From a virus: a stretch of 64,000 bases of DNA. The position numbers and the translations under genes are program-made. Position 1 is the first letter of the stretch; each line of letters opens with the position of its first letter. The notes under the pieces were generated by a model that saw only the letters and a program-made list of their open reading frames with translations, was not told the origin of the DNA and searched no databases. The stretch spans positions 20,540-84,539 of the IMG/VR virus record IMGVR_UViG_3300032309_001318; one strand, given 5' to 3'. Below, piece by piece: positions 8,190 through 17,764 of this stretch.

Positions 8190-8878
8190 TGATTATAGTA
8201 ACTGGATCGAGCAGGGGAATTGGGAATGTAATAGCAAATAGGCTTTCTAAAAATGGATATGATGTCATTGGCATATCAAGAGGTATGCCTCAAAACGATG
8301 TATCCTTTAAAACTTATCAAGCAGACGTAAGCCAAAAAAATACCTTAACTCCAATATTTGAAGATTTAAAAGAAAAAAATATTACAGTACAAGCTTTAAT
8401 AAATTGTGCTGGAATACTAGAAACCCCATTTGTAGACTGGCTAACAATAGAACAGAGCGAAATGGAATCAATATTTTCTACAAACGTAATAGGAACAATG
8501 AATTCTTGTCAAGTGTTTTTACCATTAATGGACAAAAAACAACATACACCAATAATAAATATGGCAAGCCTATCAGCGCATTCAGTAACCGATTTTGCAA
8601 TATATGGGGCAAGCAAGCATGCAGTATATGGATTTACAAAATCTTTAGCAAAAAAATTACAAAATACATCTATCAGACCAAACTGCATATCACCAGGCCC
8701 AATAAAATCAACAATGACAGAGGGCATACCAGACATGGCTTTTAAGCTATTTGCTGGCCCACAAATTATTAACCGAACAGTGTTCACATCTGACGACATA
8801 TGCAATATTGTAGAGCTTTTGCTTGACCCAAAATCAAGTAGTTTAACTGGACAAGCATTCCACATTGGTGGATACTAA
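8189..8878 (+). CDS. Short-chain dehydrogenase/reductase (SDR)
   Basis: TGSSRGIG, INCAG, YGASK catalytic motif, N.ISPG. Confidence 0.92.
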   Translation: MIIVTGSSRGIGNVIANRLSKNGYDVIGISRGMPQNDVSFKTYQADVSQKNTLTPIFEDLKEKNITVQALINCAGILETPFVDWLTIEQSEMESIFSTNVIGTMNSCQVFLPLMDKKQHTPIINMASLSAHSVTDFAIYGASKHAVYGFTKSLAKKLQNTSIRPNCISPGPIKSTMTEGIPDMAFKLFAGPQIINRTVFTSDDICNIVELLLDPKSSSLTGQAFHIGGY

Positions 8879-8888
8879 ACTACATTGA

Positions 8889-8897
8889 TGGTATAAT
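8889..8897 (+). promoter_or_regulatory. Extended -10 promoter (TGgTATAAT), probably leaderless
   Basis: TATAAT at 8892-8897 lies 6 nt before ATG 8904; no SD sequence. Confidence 0.7.
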
Positions 8898-8903
8898 TTT
8901 TAA

Positions 8904-10643
8904 ATGTCATACTCTTATAAAATACTAAAAGACCATCCAATTGGATTCTGGCAACTAGATGACTCTACGGCTACAGCAATAGACATTTCTGGATGCGGTA
9001 ATAATGGAGTTTATACAGGAAGCCTTCCAAGCCAAACTAAAATAATGCCAATGGTTTCTGGAGGCCAGTACTCAGCAAAAATTACTTCCTTATCAAAAAT
9101 AGAGTTTGCAATTATTAATGATTATTACGCACAAGCAGCAGGGGGAGGATTTGGAACGCTAGACACAGCTGATAATGAATTTACGCTAGAGTGTTGGATT
9201 TTACCAAAAATATCTTCTACAAACCTTACTCCAATTTTTATAGATTCTTCTAATGATCTTGGAATTGCTTGGCAAAACAACAATATTATATTTGTTATTG
9301 GCACCGAAACTTTAGAGTACACAGTTCCAGAAACTAATAAGTCTATTTATGTTGTATGCAAATATTCAGTAAATTCAGCATCAATATATTTAGACGGGAA
9401 CTTGGCTATTAGCAAAACAATAACTGGCGTTCCCTTTGAAAATACACAGGTCTTATTAAAGTCTGGGCCTACACAAAATAGCGCAGACGAGTTTTTAATA
9501 GATAATCCAGCAGTGTATAGATACTCTTTATCAGAAAAACAAATTAAAGATCATTACCTAAGTAATCAAAATACTTTACCAATACAGATTGCGTATCCAG
9601 ATAATGGAGAAATTTTTAATATTTATGACAATGGAATGAGAACATCATTTACTTATAATTATCCAAAAGATAAATCTTGGCAATATTTTTTAACAGAGGA
9701 TCTTACGCTAGGTAGGTCAGAAGAATATATTCAATTATCTAAGACAGATTTATTAGAAACAAAAGAAGTTATTTTAAAAGATATTATATCTATGCCTTCT
9801 GGTATATCAATGGATTCTTCAAAAATTCAATGGGACGGTAGCTCTGGAATTTCTGTTTATACAAGTCTAGACGGAGTGTCTTATGAACAATGCGAAAACG
9901 GATATTCAATACCTCAGTACAAGTATTCAGATTTTAACCAACAAAGATTTTTTCATTTAAAAATAGTAGTTTCTTCAACAGACTCCTCTAGATATATTCC
10001 AAAACTTTATTCATTATCAGTAAATTTTTACTCTGAGCAAATAGCTTATTCTAAAAATGGAGCGTCTTATGTTTATAAAATAGATAACCTAGATTATAGC
10101 CTTGGCAAAGAGGCTTATCCAATATTATCAATGAATAAATTAAATGGAGTATTAGTCCCAAATAATTCAGGGTTTAAGGTAGATATTCCATATGATACAA
10201 ATAGCATTGAGTTTTTCTATACCCCAAGCAGTATATTAAAAAGTTTATTAATATCATCTACTGGTACGGAATTTAGCTGGGCGGATAGCGGGTCTATATC
10301 AAAAACTAATATATCTAAAATATACGTAAATGGTGAAGATAAAACAGCACAATCAAATATATCCAATGTATTAAATTCAGGATATTTAAATCATATTGTA
10401 ATTGTTTTTCAAGCACCCATCTCTGGAGATCTGGTCTTTAATTATAAAAGCACTGGGTCTAAGAAGGGCTCATATCAGCATATAACCCTATATAGGGATG
10501 CTTTAGATCAAAATAAGGCAATAACTCATTACAATTTATATACTGGAAGATCGGTATATACCTCTACCGCATCTGCCATGTCGGTGACAGAAAGATCTCC
10601 TGAAATATATAATAATGACTGGATTGTTATTCAAAATTCATAA
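8904..10643 (+). CDS. LamG/concanavalin-A-like domain virion protein
   Basis: D.PIGFWQLDD...A.DISGCGNNG.Y, FTLECW, IYLDG, AVYRYSLS..QI..HY. Confidence 0.75.
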   Translation: MSYSYKILKDHPIGFWQLDDSTATAIDISGCGNNGVYTGSLPSQTKIMPMVSGGQYSAKITSLSKIEFAIINDYYAQAAGGGFGTLDTADNEFTLECWILPKISSTNLTPIFIDSSNDLGIAWQNNNIIFVIGTETLEYTVPETNKSIYVVCKYSVNSASIYLDGNLAISKTITGVPFENTQVLLKSGPTQNSADEFLIDNPAVYRYSLSEKQIKDHYLSNQNTLPIQIAYPDNGEIFNIYDNGMRTSFTYNYPKDKSWQYFLTEDLTLGRSEEYIQLSKTDLLETKEVILKDIISMPSGISMDSSKIQWDGSSGISVYTSLDGVSYEQCENGYSIPQYKYSDFNQQRFFHLKIVVSSTDSSRYIPKLYSLSVNFYSEQIAYSKNGASYVYKIDNLDYSLGKEAYPILSMNKLNGVLVPNNSGFKVDIPYDTNSIEFFYTPSSILKSLLISSTGTEFSWADSGSISKTNISKIYVNGEDKTAQSNISNVLNSGYLNHIVIVFQAPISGDLVFNYKSTGSKKGSYQHITLYRDALDQNKAITHYNLYTGRSVYTSTASAMSVTERSPEIYNNDWIVIQNS

Positions 10644-10668
10644 AGTTGTCCACCATAGCGACAAAATG

Positions 10669-10697
10669 TGGACATTAATTAGAAAGAATGGTAAAAT
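10669..10697 (+). promoter_or_regulatory. Sigma70-type promoter TGGACA-N17-TAAAAT with extended TG
   Basis: 17-nt spacer. Overlaps the inverted repeat TGTCCAC(10647-10653)/GTGGACA(10668-10674). Confidence 0.55.
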
Positions 10698-10706
10698 TAA
10701 CATCTA

Positions 10707-11042
10707 ATGGACATTAAAAGAATTAATCAAAAAGTAGTAGAGGAAACTACACTAGGAATTTATGTGTGGGAAATGCCAGACGGAAGATGGATTGGCGATG
10801 ACGATGGAAACTTTTTATCAATAACAGCTAAAAAAGGTAACCGATCAAAGATGGATTTGTTGGCGAGAGAAGTAAGATCATATGGAATACACGAAGGACA
10901 GCCTAAATTTTTATCAGGTAGACGTAAAGTTGACGACGAAGAGTTTCAGCATCAAAAACAAAGACTAGAATGGGGACTAACACCAGATCCTCTTGACATA
11001 GGTGTTTACAAGGATTCATTAAAAAGCGGAGGCAAACAATAA
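10707..11042 (+). CDS. Conserved-looking phage hypothetical protein upstream of portal
   Basis: ORF abuts the portal start; function not recognisable. Confidence 0.7.
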   Translation: MDIKRINQKVVEETTLGIYVWEMPDGRWIGDDDGNFLSITAKKGNRSKMDLLAREVRSYGIHEGQPKFLSGRRKVDDEEFQHQKQRLEWGLTPDPLDIGVYKDSLKSGGKQ

Positions 11043-12626
11043 ATGGAGTTCATGAACGAAGACCCTAGCGTCTCAGAAACTATTGACATATCAAACTCTG
11101 CAGACTGGATAAAGTTTAATAATAAAGAAGTTGTATTAAGTGATGATCCATTTAGCATTGAAGGCGAAGAGTTAAAGAAAGTTAATGGACTAAGCCCAAC
11201 ATTTCGTAGAAAAATATCTAGAGAGTTTCAAAAGCGTTTTATAGGACAAGAAGGAACTGGAACACAACAGAATCTACTACAACAAGCAGTTACTGGATAC
11301 GCAATGTTTGACCTTGTCCAACCAGTCTATAATCTTGAATATCTTTCAAAAATTTATGAGATATCCCCATACAACTACTCAGCAATTAATGCAAAGGTTG
11401 CTAACATTGTTGGCCTTGGATACTCTTTTGTAGAAACAAAAAAAGCTAACGATGCTTTAGATAATATTACTGATAAAAAACAATTAGAACGTGCTCGACG
11501 TAAATTAAATAAACTTCGTCAAGATTTAGATTATTGGCTAGAGGAAACAAATGAAGAAGAAACATTTACAGAAACATTAGTAAAAGCTTATACAGATTTA
11601 GAGGCTACTGGCAATGGATACATTGAAATTGGAAGAACCGTGTCTGGGAATATTGGGTACATCGGACATATACCATCCAAGACAATGCGGGTACGTAGAC
11701 TTCGTGACGGATTTATACAACTTCTTTATGGCAAGGCAGTATACTTTAGAAACTTTGCAGATCAAGAAACTCCTAACCCAATTTCTGGAGCAGAAGATCG
11801 TCCAAATGAAGTTATTCATTTAAAGAAATATACGCCAATGAACAATTACTACGGAATCCCAGATATAATTGCTGCACAAACTGCAATGGCAGGAAATGAA
11901 TTTTCTGGAAAATATAACTTAGATTATTTTGAAAATAAAGCGGTTCCAAGGTATATAATTACAGTAAAGGGTGCAAAGCTTTCACCAGAATCCGAACGTA
12001 AACTACTAGAATTTTTCCAAGTTGGGCTAAAGGGTAAAAACCATAGATCACTCTATGTACCACTTCCAGCGGATACATCTGACTCTAAAGTTGAATTTAA
12101 AATGGAACCTATTGAGGCAAACCCACAGGAGTCTTCATTTAATGTATACAGAAAAGCAAATAGAGATGAAATCCTTTTAGCACACAGAGTCCCAGTAAAT
12201 AAAATTGGAGTTCCAGAAGGAGTCAGCCTAGCTTCAGCAAGAGATGCAGATAAAATGTTTAAAGAACAAGTTTGTAGGCCAGCTCAAGATATTTTAGAAA
12301 AGAAAATAAATAGAATTATTTCTGAAAAAACAGATGCATTAATGCTTAAATTTAATGAATTGACTTTAACAGACGAAGATACACAATCTAAAATTGATGA
12401 AAGATATTTAAGAATGCAGGTGATTACCCCCAATGAAGTTAGAATTAGAAAGGGTATGATACCGATGGACGGTGGAGATGAGGTTGTTGATTTGCAGGCA
12501 CAAGCAGCCGAAATCAAGGCTCAGGCATTAAATACCAGAAATAGAACTCAGGAAAGATCGGCCAATTCACCAGATAGTTCTGGGGAAGCCAGAAATCCAA
12601 AAGGTGAGGGTAGAGTCACAGCTTAA
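11043..12626 (+). CDS. Portal protein (HK97/PBSX family)
   Basis: D.EATGNGYIEI.R, EVIHLK......YYGIP, YFEN.AVP, ILLAHRVP..KIG, TPNEVR. Sits before the protease and capsid genes. Confidence 0.92.
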   Translation: MEFMNEDPSVSETIDISNSADWIKFNNKEVVLSDDPFSIEGEELKKVNGLSPTFRRKISREFQKRFIGQEGTGTQQNLLQQAVTGYAMFDLVQPVYNLEYLSKIYEISPYNYSAINAKVANIVGLGYSFVETKKANDALDNITDKKQLERARRKLNKLRQDLDYWLEETNEEETFTETLVKAYTDLEATGNGYIEIGRTVSGNIGYIGHIPSKTMRVRRLRDGFIQLLYGKAVYFRNFADQETPNPISGAEDRPNEVIHLKKYTPMNNYYGIPDIIAAQTAMAGNEFSGKYNLDYFENKAVPRYIITVKGAKLSPESERKLLEFFQVGLKGKNHRSLYVPLPADTSDSKVEFKMEPIEANPQESSFNVYRKANRDEILLAHRVPVNKIGVPEGVSLASARDADKMFKEQVCRPAQDILEKKINRIISEKTDALMLKFNELTLTDEDTQSKIDERYLRMQVITPNEVRIRKGMIPMDGGDEVVDLQAQAAEIKAQALNTRNRTQERSANSPDSSGEARNPKGEGRVTA

Positions 12627-12631
12627 TTATT

Positions 12632-12673
12632 AGGCAACCATTATTTGCCTTTTTAAATATACAAAGATAAAAT
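12632..12673 (+). promoter_or_regulatory. Hairpin AGGCAA/TTGCCT+T tract overlapping promoter TTGCCT-N17-TAAAAT
   Basis: -35 at 12645-12650, -10 at 12668-12673, ATG 7 nt later, no SD. Confidence 0.55.
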
Positions 12674-12680
12674 TGAGCAT

Positions 12681-13991
12681 ATGAATATTGAAAAATCTTA
12701 TTGGTCCAGCAATGGCGATAATATCAGCCTATCAGTTCCATTCACAAAAGTAAACCGTGAAAAGAGAACTGTATCTGGTTTTGCCACACTAGACAACCTA
12801 GATCAAACAAATGACGTTGTAACCGCAGAAGCAAGTCTAAAAGCATTTGAAGGTTTCCGTGGAAACATTAGAGAAATGCACGGGTCAAACGCAGTTGGTA
12901 AAATGGTTTCATTTAAGCCAGAAACATACTTTGACGCAAAAAGCGGAGAATTTTATAACGGAGTTTATGTAGATGCATACATTTCTAAAGGTGCACAAGA
13001 TACATGGGAAAAGGTTTTAGACGGTACTCTTTCAGGATTTTCAATTGGTGGAAAAATTATTGAGTCTGATAACGAGGTTAATAAATCTACAGGTCAATCA
13101 GTTCGTTTTATTAAAAACTATTCTTTACTAGAGCTATCAGTCGTAGATTCTCCAGCAAATGAACTATGTAACATTATCTCAATTTCCAAAATGAATGGTC
13201 AATTAATTTTTAAAGGAATTGCAACAGAAGTTTCAACAGAAAATATTTTTTATTGTGAAGAAAGCGATTCTGTTTTTATGTCAAAAGAAAAAGAATTTAA
13301 TTCTCCAATAACTGGTAAGCCAGCAAGTTTAATTGGCTGGGTAGAAAGTAACGATGTAAACAAAGCTAAAGAAATAGAAAAGATTCTTGCTTCATTTAAG
13401 AAGTCAAGATTAACGTTGCCTGAAACACAAACAATAGCAAAACAGGCAAACGCACAAGGAGGTAATGAAGTGTCAGAAAACACAGAAACAGTAGCAGTTG
13501 AAGAAACTGCTCTAGTAGAAGTTTCAGCACCTGCACAAGATGCAGTAGTTGAAAAAGCTGTTACAGAAGACGTAGTAGCAGATACTTCTGCCGAAACCGT
13601 TGAAAAAGCAGCAGACGTCTCAGAGGTCGTTGTTGATGAACCTGATTTTGCAAAAATGTTAGGTGATTTAAAAGGCTTTTTCTCAGATACTCTAAGCAAA
13701 GCTTCAGAAGCTAATGCTGCACAGGTAACAACTATTAAAGAAACAGTTGAAGCTTTCAGCAAGAGCGTTGAGACTCAAATCTCAGAGTTGGCAGATAAAC
13801 ACACAGAACTCAGCAAAACAGTTGAGAACATCAAGAGCACGATTGATAATGTAGAAAAGCGTGTCGACGCAGTAGAATCAGAGACTGCAATTAAGAAGTC
13901 CTCAGACCTTGGCGGGTCTCAGGAAGTAGTAATACAAAAATCAAAATGGAACGGTTCTTTCCTCGGTTCCGTAAACGAACTATTTAAATAA
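12681..13991 (+). CDS. Capsid maturation protease with C-terminal scaffold-like coiled coil
   Basis: R.VSGFAT...D...D, IREMH, GFSIGG, ELSVVDSPAN (HK97-type protease); acidic Ala/Glu/Val-rich tail. Confidence 0.88.
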   Translation: MNIEKSYWSSNGDNISLSVPFTKVNREKRTVSGFATLDNLDQTNDVVTAEASLKAFEGFRGNIREMHGSNAVGKMVSFKPETYFDAKSGEFYNGVYVDAYISKGAQDTWEKVLDGTLSGFSIGGKIIESDNEVNKSTGQSVRFIKNYSLLELSVVDSPANELCNIISISKMNGQLIFKGIATEVSTENIFYCEESDSVFMSKEKEFNSPITGKPASLIGWVESNDVNKAKEIEKILASFKKSRLTLPETQTIAKQANAQGGNEVSENTETVAVEETALVEVSAPAQDAVVEKAVTEDVVADTSAETVEKAADVSEVVVDEPDFAKMLGDLKGFFSDTLSKASEANAAQVTTIKETVEAFSKSVETQISELADKHTELSKTVENIKSTIDNVEKRVDAVESETAIKKSSDLGGSQEVVIQKSKWNGSFLGSVNELFK

Positions 13992-14009
13992 AGGGTAGGT
14001 GAAATAAAT

Positions 14010-15062
14010 ATGAGCAATGAATTATTAGAAAAGGCAATTGCAACTGGCACAACAGCTACAGGAACATTTGCTTCAACAACTGGAGGAGAGGGAATTCACA
14101 CAGGGTCAGAAAATGGCAATGGTGGACTACTTAATCCAGAACAATCAGCTCGATTTCTAGACTACATGTTCGATGCAACCGTAATTGGTAAAGTCGCACG
14201 TACCGTTAGAATGAAATCTGATACAACTGAAATTGATCGCATGGGAGTAGGCGAAAAGCTTATGAAACTTGCGACTGAAGGAGATGACGCAAACAGTGGT
14301 AACTCTGCTGTGACATTCTCAAAAATTTCTTTGACAACAAAGAAGTTACGTCTAGATTGGGAACTTTCAACTGAGTCTCTAGAAGACAATATTGAAGGTG
14401 CAGATCTAGAAGATCATATTGCACGTCTGATGGCAACACAGGCTGGTAACGATATTGAAGATTTGGTTCTTAACGGAAACACATCTCTATCATCTGATCA
14501 ACTTTACAAAGCATTTGACGGAACAGTTAAGCTTGCAAAAGCAAACGGTCACGTAGTAGATGCTGGTGGAGCCGCAATTACTCGTGCTGTATTTAACAGC
14601 GCATTAAAGGCACTTCCACGTAAGTACAAGCAACGTCGTACAGACCTTCGCTTCCTTTCAGGTTCAAACCTGATTCAGGATTACTTATACGCAACTTCAC
14701 AAAATATCCAAAACGTTAACCCACAAGATATTGCTTCTGGCATTATCCGTGGTGAGGTAGCACCTGTATCTGGCCCAGCTGGATACGTAGCTCCATACGC
14801 ATTTGGTATTCCAATTGTTGAAGTTCCATTACTAAGCGAGACACAAACTGGCTCATACTCAGGAGCAACAGGATCACACGGTGACGTCCACTTGACATTC
14901 CCAAATAACGTAGTTATTGGTATCAAGCGTGATGTAACTGTATACAGATTCTTCTGGCCAAAGAAGGACTCAATCGAGTACACAATGTATACTCGTGTTG
15001 GTGTTCAAATTGAGCAAGCAGATGCTTGGGTAGTAGTAAAGAACGTTAAGATTGCTTCCTAA
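14010..15062 (+). CDS. Major capsid protein (HK97 fold)
   Basis: GGLLNPEQ..RF, ELSTESLEDNIEG, GIPIVEVP. Strongly biased codon usage; followed by a terminator. Confidence 0.92.
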   Translation: MSNELLEKAIATGTTATGTFASTTGGEGIHTGSENGNGGLLNPEQSARFLDYMFDATVIGKVARTVRMKSDTTEIDRMGVGEKLMKLATEGDDANSGNSAVTFSKISLTTKKLRLDWELSTESLEDNIEGADLEDHIARLMATQAGNDIEDLVLNGNTSLSSDQLYKAFDGTVKLAKANGHVVDAGGAAITRAVFNSALKALPRKYKQRRTDLRFLSGSNLIQDYLYATSQNIQNVNPQDIASGIIRGEVAPVSGPAGYVAPYAFGIPIVEVPLLSETQTGSYSGATGSHGDVHLTFPNNVVIGIKRDVTVYRFFWPKKDSIEYTMYTRVGVQIEQADAWVVVKNVKIAS

Positions 15063-15080
15063 TTAGGAATTAATCCAAAT

Positions 15081-15116
15081 AGAGGCCCCCAATTAATTTT
15101 GGGGGCTTCTCATTTT
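15081..15116 (+). terminator. Intrinsic terminator after the capsid gene
   Basis: AGAGGCCCCCAA-loop-TTGGGGGCTTCT followed by CATTTT. Confidence 0.8.
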
Positions 15117-15126
15117 AATTTAGTAA

Positions 15127-15135
15127 TGCTATAAT
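15127..15135 (+). promoter_or_regulatory. Extended -10 promoter TGcTATAAT
   Basis: Upstream of the AAGGAG RBS and ATG 15162. Confidence 0.6.
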
Positions 15136-15161
15136 TAAATAACCTAGACTAAGGAGAATAT

Positions 15162-15557
15162 ATGTCATTTGAGACATTAAAATTAGCTGAACTTAAAAAG
15201 GTTGCCGAAGACTTCGGAGTAGACTTAGAAAACTTAAAAAGCAAAACAGACATAATTGCGGGACTATCAGAAGAAGGTGTAACTTGGGCGGTATACTCAA
15301 AAACACTTAAAGATATAGATGATGCAAAAGAAGAGATTGAAGTTTTACCAAGATTTGATGTAAAGAAAAAACAAAATAAAGACGAAGTTCTTGTAAGAAT
15401 GGATAGATCTAACCATAGGTACGATACAATGGGATACACGTTTACAAAAGATCATCCTTTTGCAGCAATGTCAGAAGAGGCAGCTCAAGAAATTTTTGAT
15501 AAGGAGGAGGGTTTTAGATTAGCCACACCAAAGGAAGCACAAGACTTCTACAACTAA
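15162..15557 (+). CDS. Hypothetical head-region protein with a Rho-N/HeH-like N-terminus
   Basis: LKLAELKKVAEDFGVD....K.DII; good RBS. Confidence 0.55.
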   Translation: MSFETLKLAELKKVAEDFGVDLENLKSKTDIIAGLSEEGVTWAVYSKTLKDIDDAKEEIEVLPRFDVKKKQNKDEVLVRMDRSNHRYDTMGYTFTKDHPFAAMSEEAAQEIFDKEEGFRLATPKEAQDFYN

Positions 15558-15571
15558 TTTAAACCTTTAAT

Positions 15572-16558
15572 ATGGCAGAAGTATACATAAATACTAATTC
15601 ACCAACATCAACTAAAATACTTTTTGGTGGTGAAATTATAAATTCAGACAATGATTACGTTATGGCTACAGTTTATGATATTACAGAAGATCCTGCCGTC
15701 ACACCATTGGTAAATCCAGAAATGCCAGTTCTTTCTATTCAAGCAACAAAAATAGAAACCGATAATGGTTCATACAAAATAAACATCCCATATCACTTAA
15801 CTAATAGAATAAAGAAATTTAAGGTTAATTGGGGATACCAAATAAATAGTCAATCTCAAAGCCATGCAACCTATGTCGATGTGGTACAGCCGTATTGCAA
15901 CCTAGCAGAAGCTATTGAAGATCTGGGTTTTGGAACTGATTCATCTGACCCAAACTATAAAACGTATCACGAACTAGTAATGGCAGAAAAGTATGCACGT
16001 AAAGTAATAGAAAACTATACTGGCCAAAAGTTTTGTCTATACGATGATGTCCAAGTTGCATATGGTTCGGGATCAGATATACTTCCGCTACCATTTAAAT
16101 TAAACACATTGCATGAATTATATTCAAATGATATTTTATTAGTAGACACTCTTAATGAAATAAATAATTGGAATTATTCAACTCAAATAACAGAATCTGG
16201 TTTTGGAATAAGAATTAATCGAGCAGACATGCTGGACAATACAGTGTACACAGCAAATGGAATGGTTCCACCATCAATCAATGATCATGGCTCTGGAATT
16301 TTTATTAAAGACTACAGGTATCGTGTGCAAGGAAGATATGGATGGGACACCGTACCAGACGATATTGAAATAGCATGTATAGAGTTAATGAAAGATTATT
16401 TTTCTAAAGACTCTATTTGGAGAGCAAAATACGTAAACAATGTTCAGTCATTTGATTGGAAGTTTGAGTACAATGCAGAGGCATATCGTGGAACAGGAAA
16501 TGTATACGTAGACCAAATGCTTCTTCCATATGTATTAACTCAATTAATGGTAATCTGA
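15572..16558 (+). CDS. Head-to-tail adaptor
   Basis: AR.VIENYTGQKF, G.YGW..VP.DI..A..EL, TGN.YVDQ.L.PY; synteny. Confidence 0.7.
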   Translation: MAEVYINTNSPTSTKILFGGEIINSDNDYVMATVYDITEDPAVTPLVNPEMPVLSIQATKIETDNGSYKINIPYHLTNRIKKFKVNWGYQINSQSQSHATYVDVVQPYCNLAEAIEDLGFGTDSSDPNYKTYHELVMAEKYARKVIENYTGQKFCLYDDVQVAYGSGSDILPLPFKLNTLHELYSNDILLVDTLNEINNWNYSTQITESGFGIRINRADMLDNTVYTANGMVPPSINDHGSGIFIKDYRYRVQGRYGWDTVPDDIEIACIELMKDYFSKDSIWRAKYVNNVQSFDWKFEYNAEAYRGTGNVYVDQMLLPYVLTQLMVI

Positions 16559-16986
16559 TGTTTAGAGTAGTAGATGCTTCGTTTTCTATGCTTATGGATG
16601 TCTACAAGCAGTCTGACTCTCAAGACGTATCTACTGGGGCAATCAAAAAAGAGTGGAACTATATAAAAACAGTTTCTTGTTATGCAAAAGGCGTTATCAG
16701 TAACACAGCCACAGCACGAAGTGGTGATAGGCAAGTTCTTGGAACTAAATACGAAAACGTTCAAGTTATAGAAGTTAGAACAAACTCAAAGCTATCCATT
16801 AGAGAAAAAATCACAAATATTAGAACAGGCAATGGGGAGAATATTTGGACAGAATTAGATTATCCAAATGATACCCCAACCGTATTTGAAGTAGTAGGAG
16901 TAACCCCAATGACAGATCCATTTGGAGATGTGCTTGCATGGAGTGCCGTACTAAAAAGATCGGAGAATCAGCAAATTGGAATCTAA
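16558..16986 (+). CDS. Head-closure/stopper protein
   Basis: Synteny after the adaptor; size and beta-rich character. Confidence 0.55.
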   Translation: MFRVVDASFSMLMDVYKQSDSQDVSTGAIKKEWNYIKTVSCYAKGVISNTATARSGDRQVLGTKYENVQVIEVRTNSKLSIREKITNIRTGNGENIWTELDYPNDTPTVFEVVGVTPMTDPFGDVLAWSAVLKRSENQQIGI

Positions 16987-17764
16987 CGTAATGTTATTAC
17001 AGGCTGCCTCTGGACTAGAGCGGTTAATGCAGGGTCAACCCAAAGACTCCTTAATTAAAGACAGTAATGTAGCGCAAATATCAGCAGCCCTATATTATGA
17101 AGCTAATGTTATAGCTAAATTTAGTAACAGCAAAAGATTTAAAAATGCATTTAAGAAAATAATCTTTACTCAGATAAATAAAGATTTTGGAGAACATATA
17201 GATGCTCAAGCTAGATCAAAGCCAAAATCATTACACCATGTTTATGAGTGGCAAAGGACTGGAAATAAAAGCGCTAGATTGTTTAAATTAAAAACAATTG
17301 ATGGCGATGGTATTTCATTTAAGGTAAATTATGAGTTACAGCCATCTAAATCATTTGTCCCATCTCCAGAAAATAATAGAAAGCATGTTTTTGTTAATAA
17401 AGCGTCCGTGATGGAAGCAGGCATGCCCCTAATAATTGCTCCACGCCATTCTGAGAGGCTAGTATTTGAATCTAATGGTAGAACAGTCTTTATGCCAATA
17501 GGGGCCTCAGTGACCGTTAAAAGGCCAGGAGGACCTAGTGTTAAAAATCAATTTACATTATATTATTCAAGATTCTTTAGTGGTAATTTAGTAAATAACG
17601 CTATTAGAAAATCTGGATTTCAACAGATATTTAATTCAGAAATTTCCAAGGCATTAAGAATACCTGCTCCAATTAAAAGAGTTCAATATTCATTCTCTCC
17701 AAACTCAATTAGATCTATGGCGGACTCAGCAGTAGAACAATCATTTGGGGGTGCAATAATATGA
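16976..17764 (+). CDS. Neck/tail-completion protein
   Basis: Synteny; LHHVYEW and F..KA.VME.G motifs. Confidence 0.5.
   Translation: MESNVMLLQAASGLERLMQGQPKDSLIKDSNVAQISAALYYEANVIAKFSNSKRFKNAFKKIIFTQINKDFGEHIDAQARSKPKSLHHVYEWQRTGNKSARLFKLKTIDGDGISFKVNYELQPSKSFVPSPENNRKHVFVNKASVMEAGMPLIIAPRHSERLVFESNGRTVFMPIGASVTVKRPGGPSVKNQFTLYYSRFFSGNLVNNAIRKSGFQQIFNSEISKALRIPAPIKRVQYSFSPNSIRSMADSAVEQSFGGAII

Noticed and set aside
13250-13762. 170-aa minus-strand ORF, and similar antisense ORFs such as 25362-25739, 38133-38498 and 58110-58487
   Set aside because: Antisense shadows of well-supported + strand genes with biased codon use; no motifs or RBS.
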